This document shows, piece after piece, positions 18,191-25,343 of a stretch of 37,379 nt of DNA. Position 1 is the first letter of the stretch; each line of letters begins with the position of its first letter. The notes beneath the pieces were generated by a model. The model ran no database searches and had not been told where the DNA came from. It saw only the letters and a list, made by a program, of their open reading frames with translations. The stretch lies in NCBI GenBank assembly GCA_964413525.1, contig CAYPTI010000004.1, positions 1 through 37,379 of the forward strand, in the 5' to 3' direction. The position numbers and the translations under genes are program-made. Source of the DNA: an uncultured bacterium. Its GTDB lineage: Bacteria > T1Sed10-126 > CAYPTI01.

Positions 18191-18982
18191 TCAACGGACG
18201 AGTCGCAGGAAACGGTCCCTCCCGGCCTCGTCCTTCAGGCCTTCAACCTGCGAAAACTCCCCCCCGCGGAGACGGTCCTCCCAGCGTCTCTGAAGGACCG
18301 GGGACAGTTCAAACCAGGCTTCACCGCCCGGTCGCAGGGCCCGCCGGGTTTGCACAAACACCCGACGGTAAAACCGATCGGGAGGGCCGTCCGGATGCAG
18401 TGCGGACGGAGGCTCGTGGAGTTCAACCGATCGATCCAGCCGCGGATCGCCTTGATTAACATAGGGAAGGTTGGCCAGCACCCCGGCCAGCGACTCCGAC
18501 CGAATCGGCTCCAACCCATCCCCCTGAACCAGCAAATAACGGCAATCGATTTGAGCCTGATTGATGCCGGCCACCGAAAGCGGCTCCGCAAACCGATCCA
18601 GGGCAACCACGGGACGGTCCTGGAACGTGGTGAGCAGGGAGGCGACGAACCCGCTTCCGGTCCCGCAATCCAGCAGGGGCCCATCGGGGAGCCGAGGGAG
18701 GGCCTCCTCGACAAACCGCCGGACGAGGGTTTCGGTCTCCGGACGGGGGATCAGAACCCGTTCATCGACGGTCAGGGTGAGTCCGGCCACGTGAACGTGG
18801 CCAAGGATGTATTCCAGCGGTTTTCCTTCCCGGCGTTGGGCCCGGGCTTCCGCCAGGGGTTTCGGACCGAACTCCGTCTCAAGGAAGGGGGGTTCATTGG
18901 ACCCTCGGACGAGGTGGTTCTGCACTTCTCGCCGTTCCCAGGCGGGAACATCATCCAACCAGTCCGACGATGTCATCCTCAT
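18191..18982 (-). CDS. prmC: peptide chain release factor N5-glutamine methyltransferase (HemK/PrmC)
   Basis: 263 aa. Motifs: [19 protein letters not shown], and the SAM motif [12 protein letters not shown]. The catalytic tetrapeptide reads NLPY rather than NPPY. It overlaps the prfA 3' end by 32 nt and sits in the usual position downstream of prfA. Confidence 0.85.
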   Translation of the reverse strand: MRMTSSDWLDDVPAWERREVQNHLVRGSNEPPFLETEFGPKPLAEARAQRREGKPLEYILGHVHVAGLTLTVDERVLIPRPETETLVRRFVEEALPRLPDGPLLDCGTGSGFVASLLTTFQDRPVVALDRFAEPLSVAGINQAQIDCRYLLVQGDGLEPIRSESLAGVLANLPYVNQGDPRLDRSVELHEPPSALHPDGPPDRFYRRVFVQTRRALRPGGEAWFELSPVLQRRWEDRLRGGEFSQVEGLKDEAGRDRFLRLVR

Positions 18983-19991
18983 CTTCGAGCCACTCCAGTT
19001 TTTTCAAGCGCTCGGCTTCGGCGAGATCATCAAGAATTCGGTCGAGATCCCCGTCAAGAACAGACTCCAGATCATGCAGGTCGAGGTTGATCCGATGGTC
19101 GGTAACCCGGTTCTGAGGAAAGTTGTAGGTCCGGATCTTCTCGCTCCGATCCCCGCTTCCAACCTGTTCCCGTCGGGTCTCCCGCCGTTCCCTTTCCTGT
19201 TTCTTTTTCTTTCGATCGTACAACCGGGACCGAAGAACCTTCATGGCCCGGGCCCTGTTTTCGTGCTGGGACCGTTCCTCCTGGCAGGAGACCACCAGCC
19301 CGGTGGGTTCGTGTGTGATCCGAACCGCCGAAGCCGTCCGATTCACGTGCTGGCCGCCGGCTCCGCTGGCCCGGAAGGTATCGATCCGGAGGTCCGATTC
19401 GTTCACCTCGACATCGATATCACGGGCTTCCGGAAGCACGGCCACCGTGGCGGCCGACGTATGAATCCGGCCACCGGACTCGGTTTCCGGGACGCGCTGA
19501 ACCCGATGAGTCCCGCTTTCGAACTGAAGCCTGCCGTAGGCTCCTTTTCCCTCGACCAGAGCGTTGATGCTCTTAAGGCCGCCCTTCGGGGATTCGGAAC
19601 GGTCGAGAGGTTTGACGGTCCAGCTCTGCTGTTCGGCGTACCTCGTGTACATGCGGAAAAGATCGGCGGCAAACAGGGCGGCTTCATCCCCGCCCGTGCC
19701 GGCCCGGATCTCAAGGATCACGTTCCGTTCCCGATCCGGTTCCCGGGGAAGCACTCCCTGTTTGATGGATTCCTTTAACTCCTCAAGGCGGCGGCTCAAC
19801 CGGTCGAGGTCTTCCCGGACCAGTTCCTGCATGGATTCTTCGGCTTCCTCCAGCAGACTGCGGCTGTCCTCCAGTTCCTCGAGGGTTTCCCGATAGCGTC
19901 GATAATCGTCGACAACGGGCTTCAGGCGGGCGTACTCCCGGGAAAGCTCTTCGAAGTCCTCGTCCGGGTCCAGGTCATCCGGCCGCTGCAT
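18951..19991 (-). CDS. prfA: peptide chain release factor 1 (coordinates to the first ATG; the true start is probably the CTG at 20063)
   Basis: Motifs: [61 protein letters not shown] (GGQ), [14 protein letters not shown]. The in-frame sequence upstream of the ATG encodes a further 24 RF1-like residues with no ATG/GTG/TTG (see findings). Confidence 0.95.
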   Translation of the reverse strand: MQRPDDLDPDEDFEELSREYARLKPVVDDYRRYRETLEELEDSRSLLEEAEESMQELVREDLDRLSRRLEELKESIKQGVLPREPDRERNVILEIRAGTGGDEAALFAADLFRMYTRYAEQQSWTVKPLDRSESPKGGLKSINALVEGKGAYGRLQFESGTHRVQRVPETESGGRIHTSAATVAVLPEARDIDVEVNESDLRIDTFRASGAGGQHVNRTASAVRITHEPTGLVVSCQEERSQHENRARAMKVLRSRLYDRKKKKQERERRETRREQVGSGDRSEKIRTYNFPQNRVTDHRINLDLHDLESVLDGDLDRILDDLAEAERLKKLEWLEDEDDIVGLVG

Positions 19992-20059
19992 GCGGAGTTC
20001 CAGGTGCTCGTACCGTTCCTCAATGTCCCGCAGGGCACCTTCGAAGGAGAGTCGTTCGG

Positions 20060-20341
20060 TCAGCCGGAACCTTCCTCCTCCGAAGACGATTCCTCGTCCT
20101 CGTATCCCCCGTATTTTCGCTGGAACCGCTCAACCCGTCCCTCGGAGTCGAGAAGCTTCTGTTCTCCGGTGTAAAACGGATGACTTCCGGAAGAAACCTC
20201 CAGCTCAACGAGGGGATACTCCTCCCCTTCAATCGAGATCGTTTCGTCCGTCTCGACGCTGGATTCGATCAGGAACTGATCCCCGCTGGACGCGTCGCGA
20301 AACAAAACCGGCCGCTGGTTTGCTGTCTGTTCCTCGCTCAT
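20060..20341 (-). CDS. rpmE: 50S ribosomal protein L31, type B (no zinc CxxC), with an acidic C-terminal extension
   Basis: The ATG at 20341 lies behind [75 protein letters not shown] matches the L31 type B pattern. Tail: [14 protein letters not shown]. The longer track ORF (to 20416) has no support. Confidence 0.85.
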   Translation of the reverse strand: MSEEQTANQRPVLFRDASSGDQFLIESSVETDETISIEGEEYPLVELEVSSGSHPFYTGEQKLLDSEGRVERFQRKYGGYEDEESSSEEEGSG

Positions 20342-20445
20342 GGTGAACCTCCTTGCTGGTTTTACTAAAATGAAAACCTCGTCTACGGAATCGTGTGTAA
20401 CCCGGCCTCCTCCCATCGTTCATGTTCCGGCGGGGGCTGAGGTCC

Positions 20446-20536
20446 GGGGTGATTCCGCTCCCGGATCGGGTCGTTACCCGGCATCTATTCAGGCCGTTCG
20501 TGACTCCTGGTTGGTTCTGAGTCGGTAAAACCAACC
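20446..20536. repeat. intergenic repeat element, copy A (between the helicase stop and the rpmE start)
   Basis: Shares colinear blocks with copy B: GGGGTGATT (20446-20454), the 21-mer TCTATTCAGGCCGTTCGTGAC (20484-20504, 19/21 identical to 26262-26282), and TGGTTGGTTC. The 8-bp stem GGTTGGTT (20509-20516) pairs with AACCAACC (20529-20536). Confidence 0.5.
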
Positions 20537-20586
20537 CCCGGAGGGAGACCGAATGTACACACAATTATGGACGCAACCAAAGCAAG

Positions 20587-20614
20587 AGTATAGCAAGACT
20601 GCGGGATTTTTCAC
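20587..20614 (-). promoter_or_regulatory. candidate sigma-70-type promoter for rpmE-prfA-prmC
   Basis: On the minus strand: GTGAAA, then 16 nt, then TATACT, inside the most AT-rich patch of this spacer. This would give a leader of about 240 nt containing repeat copy A. Weak match by eye only. Confidence 0.25.
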
Positions 20615-20710
20615 CCCGTTCGTCGGGAGCGGGTCCCGGGCGACGGGGACCTGAACCCCTACCGGATACCGGAACGGGAATCCGGAACGAAAAACCCGGC
20701 GGGGAATGAT

Positions 20711-22981
20711 TCAGGAGAAGTAAGCAAGCACTTTTTCGGTAAAGCTTCGGTCCACCGTCCGGCGGTCCACGTAATCGTCGGAAATCAGGTCCAGAAACCG
20801 GCTGGGCTGCTGCCGGGTGATCTCCCTGTCTACGGAACGCTCCCGAGCGCAGGTAAGGTAGAGTTCGTCCATGGCCCGAGTAATTCCCCGGTAGAACAAC
20901 CGGCGTTCCCGCTCCAGCCGATCGTATTCTCCCGATCGGGGTGATCGGCGAGGACAAATTCCCTCCTCCAGGCCGACGAACAATACAACGGGAAATTCCC
21001 GGTCGGACAGGGCAAACAGGCTCAACAGCTGCACCTCATCGTCCGACCGAGCTGAGCCGGACTGAGCTTCCCATTCGCGACGCCGGGCGAGCCGAACCAG
21101 ATCCTCCACCCCCCGGGACCCGTCAAACCGAGCTTCCGTTCGAATCCACGATTGGCAGTTCGAAAAATTGAGTTCACGAACGGACTGACCGGTTTCCTCG
21201 TACATCGAACGGATGGACGGAACCAGCTCCGCGGGGTGAGCCCCCCGCCGGAGGTCCCGATCCATCTCCCGGAGGCGATCGAAACAACGATCCAGTTGTT
21301 GAACGGTTGATGATTGAAATCGTTCCCAGGTCGTCCGTCGGAGTTCCTCTTCCTCAAGCAACCGAACCGGATTATAAACGTGTTCGATAAGGGCCTGCTC
21401 CGTGGCGTCCAGGATGCCCGGCTCGCCCCCCAGCGCCGTCAGGAGGGCCTCGTTCCACTCCGGAAGATTGTTGCGGACCGCCTCAGGGGCGTCGGTCACC
21501 CGGCCCGAGGAATCAAATTGAAGCTCCTCGGACCGAAACCGGGCAAGGGCTACAAGTACCTGAAAGACCGCGAGGACCGCTTCGGTCGAGGGCAGCGAAA
21601 AGAAGTCTCTTCCCATCCCGGCTTCCTGGACGGGGATACCCTGTTCCTTCAGGGTTTCCTCCAGGGGTTCTCGCAGATCACCGGACCGAAACAGCACCGC
21701 GAAGTCCCCGTAGCCATAACCATCCCTGGCGAGGCGCTCGATGGTGTGGCCGATGAATTCCCGTTCCTCCCGCTCGTCCCGGGACTCAAACACGGCAATG
21801 TTGTCCCCGTATTCAACGCCACCGTCTTCGGTCAGCCGACCGGGCTTGAGTTCGTCGACCTCCGAACCGCTCTCCGCCATCACGTCGTTTGCGGCCAGTA
21901 CAATCATCCCCCGGGACCGGTGATTCACGTCGATCGTCATGGTACTGGCCCCGGAAAAAACTTCCTTGAACCCGGACCGGTCCTCATCCGTCGTTCCGGA
22001 GGGTTCAAACTGGTGGTGATCCCCGAAGGCGGTCAGCTGTCCCTTCTCCCCCACGAGGCTCCTGATCAACTGAACCTGGGCGTTGTTCAGGTCGTACCAT
22101 TCATCAACCAGGAGGTGAGAAAAACGGTCGCGGAGATGCCGGCTCACCGGCTCGTCGGAGCGCATTAACTGCACCGTGATTTCGATCAGATCGTCAAAAT
22201 CCTGGACCCGGTTGGCCCGCTTTTCCTCCTGATAGGCTCCGTAGACCCGGGCCGCCTGTTCGTCCAGCTTGTGGTCGACGGTTTCAAGGGCCTTCTCCGG
22301 CGGGATCAGGTCGTGCCTGTACTCATTGATCCGATCCCTAACCTCGTGGCGCTGTGGAATATCGATGTCCAGCCGGTCCATGATCCGGGAAACCATGTCC
22401 CTTCGATCGGAAGGGTTCAGCAGGGAGATCCCTCTGACGTAGGCGTCGTCGAATCGCTCGACGAGGGTTCGGTCCTCCCCCGGAAGGGGTCGTTCCAGCA
22501 GCTGAAGGCAGGCCGAATACACGCTGGTGATCCAGCCCGTCTCGGGAAGCCGATTGACGATTCCCCGGACCACCATACCGGTTTCGGTCGAAAGATTTTC
22601 CGCCCCGGCCAGGAGAAGCTCCTCAACCCGGTTCTGGAGACTCGAAGCAGCCCGGCCGTTTGCGGCCAGCACAAGAATTCGGTCCAGAGGAACCCCGGAG
22701 AGGATCAGAAAAACAATTCGCCGACCGAGCAGAACCGTCTTCCCGGTCCCGGGTCCTCCTCGGACCAGGAACGACTCCTCTCCCGGTTCATGGAGGAGCC
22801 CCCTCAACTGTTCCCCGTCCAGAGGGGGAGGACCGCAAACCTGCCTCACGAGCAGACCCGCCAGGTCCGGATCGTCGAGCCCCTGAAGAAGTTCGGTGAA
22901 TCGATCCCTGAGGTCCCGGTTGTCAAGTTGATCGAGGTAGGTCTCCAACCGATCACGACAGGGGGGAGCGACGTACTTCAC
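20711..22981 (-). CDS. UvrD/PcrA/Rep-like SF1 DNA helicase, divergent motifs
   Basis: 756 aa with a GTG start overlapping the upstream stop (GTGA). Motifs: Q-like LDGEQLRGLL; motif I GGPGTGKT; Ia LAANGRAASSL; II LLVDEWYDLN; III AFGDHHQ; IV VNHRSRG; V SLFALSDREFPVVLFVGLEEGICP; VI RERRLFYRGITRAMDELYL. Confidence 0.85.
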   Translation of the reverse strand: MKYVAPPCRDRLETYLDQLDNRDLRDRFTELLQGLDDPDLAGLLVRQVCGPPPLDGEQLRGLLHEPGEESFLVRGGPGTGKTVLLGRRIVFLILSGVPLDRILVLAANGRAASSLQNRVEELLLAGAENLSTETGMVVRGIVNRLPETGWITSVYSACLQLLERPLPGEDRTLVERFDDAYVRGISLLNPSDRRDMVSRIMDRLDIDIPQRHEVRDRINEYRHDLIPPEKALETVDHKLDEQAARVYGAYQEEKRANRVQDFDDLIEITVQLMRSDEPVSRHLRDRFSHLLVDEWYDLNNAQVQLIRSLVGEKGQLTAFGDHHQFEPSGTTDEDRSGFKEVFSGASTMTIDVNHRSRGMIVLAANDVMAESGSEVDELKPGRLTEDGGVEYGDNIAVFESRDEREEREFIGHTIERLARDGYGYGDFAVLFRSGDLREPLEETLKEQGIPVQEAGMGRDFFSLPSTEAVLAVFQVLVALARFRSEELQFDSSGRVTDAPEAVRNNLPEWNEALLTALGGEPGILDATEQALIEHVYNPVRLLEEEELRRTTWERFQSSTVQQLDRCFDRLREMDRDLRRGAHPAELVPSIRSMYEETGQSVRELNFSNCQSWIRTEARFDGSRGVEDLVRLARRREWEAQSGSARSDDEVQLLSLFALSDREFPVVLFVGLEEGICPRRSPRSGEYDRLERERRLFYRGITRAMDELYLTCARERSVDREITRQQPSRFLDLISDDYVDRRTVDRSFTEKVLAYFS

Positions 22982-23496
22982 GAACTTCCCGGACCCCCGC
23001 CGGTCGCCGGCGTCTGTTCCCGATGTTCGTACCAGAAGTGATAGAATTCCGTCAGTTTCTCCATCAATTCCTGTTCCGCCGCCGGATCCAGCCGGAGGGG
23101 GACGCGGCCCTCGGGTGAATCGTCCTCCAGATAGATGAGTTCGCCCCGTTTGATCGGTTCAGCAAAATCGTGTTTAAGGATCCAGAGATACATCAACAGC
23201 TGCATGCGGTGGCCCTCAAAGGAACGTTCGTTGCGTCGTCCCGACTTCAGTTCGAGGACCACGGGCTCGCTGCTGTCGTCCCGGACGATAAAATCCGGGG
23301 CGCCCGAGGCGACGATCGGGGGATGCTCCAGCCGCCGGGTGAACAACCGGGACCCATCGTCCTGGTATAGTTTTTCGGGATACCCAAACAGGTGCCCGGC
23401 GGGGTCCTCGTCGAGTTCCTCGAGCACGACGTTCTGAACCACCGCGATCAGAACCACAATCAGTAACCCGAACGCGGTCAACAGAACGGGGTTCAC
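22978..23496 (-). CDS. membrane-anchored PD-(D/E)XK nuclease of RecB/Cas4 type (no Fe-S cysteines)
   Basis: 172 aa with a GTG start overlapping the upstream stop (GTGA). N-terminal hydrophobic helix NPVLLTAFGLLIVVLIAVV. Core motifs: APDFIV (D), VVLELKSG (E-x-K), RMQLLMYLWIL (QxxxY). Confidence 0.7.
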   Translation of the reverse strand: MNPVLLTAFGLLIVVLIAVVQNVVLEELDEDPAGHLFGYPEKLYQDDGSRLFTRRLEHPPIVASGAPDFIVRDDSSEPVVLELKSGRRNERSFEGHRMQLLMYLWILKHDFAEPIKRGELIYLEDDSPEGRVPLRLDPAAEQELMEKLTEFYHFWYEHREQTPATGGGPGSS

Positions 23497-23927
23497 GGGG
23501 CCGGTTGTCCGGATTCGGACAACTTGGATTCATGTTCTTCAAGCCATCGATCGGGGAAGTTGACGAACTGTCCGAACTCGTGGGGAGTCACCTTGAGTTC
23601 CGGACCATCCTCCCGGGCTTCAACGGGTATGACGGATCCCTCCTCTTCTCGGGACCCATCGGGAACCCCGGTCTCCTCGGGGGGATGGACTCGACCGCGA
23701 ACCTCCTCCGGGAAGAGGTCCTGCAGTTCTTCACATTCCGACCCGCGGATCCAGTCCTTGAACCCTTCCTTCCAGTAGTGGTGTTCGCCGGTGAACACCC
23801 GGTTTCGGATCGCCACACGGAGCAACGGCAATCGAAAGGGACCCAGTTGCCCGGGATCCGCTTCCGGATCGTCCTCGCCGGGTGGCACGGCGTGTACGTA
23901 CCATTGATCGGGTTGGGACCGGTTCAC
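23493..23927 (-). CDS. GYF_2 (DUF4339)-like domain protein with an acidic C-terminal half
   Basis: 144 aa with a GTG start overlapping the upstream stop (GTGA). QWYVHA...GQLGPFRLPLLRVAIRNRVFTGEHHYWKEGFKDWIRGSECEELQDLF fits the bacterial GYF_2 pattern (WY..G...GPf....l......i.....vW.eGm.dW....e...L). No signal peptide or TM helix. Confidence 0.6.
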   Translation of the reverse strand: MNRSQPDQWYVHAVPPGEDDPEADPGQLGPFRLPLLRVAIRNRVFTGEHHYWKEGFKDWIRGSECEELQDLFPEEVRGRVHPPEETGVPDGSREEEGSVIPVEAREDGPELKVTPHEFGQFVNFPDRWLEEHESKLSESGQPAP

Positions 23928-24178
23928 GAGTCCGTCCCCGTGGTCGGCTCCTGGTCTTCATCCCACGCTTCAAATTCCTCCAGATCATCCTCCGGAGGCT
24001 CCTCAACCTCACCATCCAGGGGATCGTCGACCGGCTCGTCCGGATCAAAATTTTCCTCCGGTACGTCGACCGCGGGGGGATCCTCCTCCGGGACTTCCTG
24101 GATCGGGTCGCCCCCGCAGCCGACCAGCACCAATCCGCCAAGCAGAACCAGACAACCAATCCTGATGAACCGGTTCAA
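23924..24178 (-). CDS. small acidic lipoprotein
   Basis: The TTG at 24178 lies 6 nt after AAAGGGGA. Signal peptide with lipobox (M)NRFIRIGCLVLLGGLVLVGC, then a D/E/P-rich mature part of about 64 aa. The longer track ORF (to 24388) would overlap the upstream gene and has no other start codon in the gap. Confidence 0.5.
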   Translation of the reverse strand: MNRFIRIGCLVLLGGLVLVGCGGDPIQEVPEEDPPAVDVPEENFDPDEPVDDPLDGEVEEPPEDDLEEFEAWDEDQEPTTGTDS

Positions 24179-24263
24179 ACTCGATCCCCTTTCGGACGGT
24201 TCCGACCGACTTGACGGGGGTGGAACCCCCTCCCGGTTGGTCGGTCCGGTGCGTTGAACGATT

Positions 24264-25325
24264 TCACTCCAGAAAATCAAACACTCCGGTCTCGACGCGA
24301 AGTTCGTTTCCGTCGGTGTACATTGCGATGTGACCGGCCTGATCGGTTCGCTGGATCTGAGGCACGTCGGCCGACTCGAGTCGGTCAAGAACGGTCCGGG
24401 ACGGTCCCGGTGGGTTGGAGGTCGAAATTACGGCGTGCTGTGGATCAACCATCCCGAGCAGTTCCTCCGAGGTGGAGGGATGATAGCCGTGCTGACCCAC
24501 CTTCAGCACCTCCGACTCCAGGGTCTCGGCGTAATTCAGGACCAGTTCCCGCTCTCCACCCGGTTCCTCGGCCGGTTCGGTCGGGAGATCGGACATCAGG
24601 AGAAACCGCACGTCTCCATACTGGAGAAACAGAACGTGACTGGCGTCCTCGGGAAGAATGGCCTCGGCATCTCCATGGAGCACCCTGGTTCGAAGCCCGG
24701 CGCCGAGGTCAAGTTCCTGTTGGGGTTCCATAAACTCCTGGGGAACCTCATGTGCCTGAGCCTCCGCCTGGAGTCGGCGGTAGGAAAAGTTTTCAGCCGG
24801 AAACCCGGTCCGGAGGAGCCTTCCGACCTCGACGGCATCGTGGGCAATGAGGTCCGGCTGAGCCCCAACGTGATGGGAAATGGGGACGGTGGTTATCAGC
24901 GTATCAATCCGATCGATGCCGGTCAGCTGGAAGAACGGCAGGTACAGTTCGTAGGCCCAGTCATACGGGGGGACGTCGTCTCCGGAAGGGGTCGAGCCTT
25001 CCCCGCCATCCACCAGCGTGACCCGGTTGTCAGGGGTCTGGATCAATATCCCATCCCCGTACCCGACATCCATGAACACGACGGCCAGTTCCCCCGGCTG
25101 ACGGCCGGGGATCCGTCCATCGGGCTGGACGTTTGCGTCCGTGGGGAGTCCGGAACCGGCTCCCACATACCAGTTTACATAGGTCGGTGCGGCCATGTAC
25201 CAGAGCCACCCGGACAGGGCGAACAGAACCGCTACGAGTATCCAGCCGGTGAGGCTTCCCCCCGCGTCGGACGGGTCCGGATCAGCCGAGGCCGGGGAGT
25301 CAAACTCGTCGAACCGATCACTCAT
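24264..25325 (-). CDS. membrane-anchored ComEC-type MBL-fold protein with degenerate catalytic motifs (probable pseudo-enzyme)
   Basis: 353 aa with a TM helix (WILVAVLFALSGWLWYMAA). Colinear with the 297-1409 protein, but VFMDVGYGDG, TVPISHHVGAQ (replacing HxHxDH), MSDLPTE, KVGQHGYHPSTS and PPGPS replace the metal-binding motifs. Confidence 0.75.
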   Translation of the reverse strand: MSDRFDEFDSPASADPDPSDAGGSLTGWILVAVLFALSGWLWYMAAPTYVNWYVGAGSGLPTDANVQPDGRIPGRQPGELAVVFMDVGYGDGILIQTPDNRVTLVDGGEGSTPSGDDVPPYDWAYELYLPFFQLTGIDRIDTLITTVPISHHVGAQPDLIAHDAVEVGRLLRTGFPAENFSYRRLQAEAQAHEVPQEFMEPQQELDLGAGLRTRVLHGDAEAILPEDASHVLFLQYGDVRFLLMSDLPTEPAEEPGGERELVLNYAETLESEVLKVGQHGYHPSTSEELLGMVDPQHAVISTSNPPGPSRTVLDRLESADVPQIQRTDQAGHIAMYTDGNELRVETGVFDFLE

Positions 25326-25343
25326 CCCCGGTCACAATCTCCA

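Noticed and set aside
20711-23496. Interpreting the helicase plus nuclease pair as Gabija, AddAB/AdnAB or Hachiman.
   Set aside because: There is no GajA-like ATPase-TOPRIM partner. The nuclease is a 172-aa TM-anchored protein, far too small for AddB/AdnA and not fused to a helicase. The helicase is SF1 UvrD-like rather than the SF2 type of Hachiman. Only a database comparison can settle this.
24179-24388. N-terminal extension of the lipoprotein ORF (track start at 24388).
   Set aside because: It overlaps the 3' end of the MBL-like gene and would place 70 residues ahead of a perfect signal peptide and lipobox. The TTG at 24178 has a good Shine-Dalgarno.
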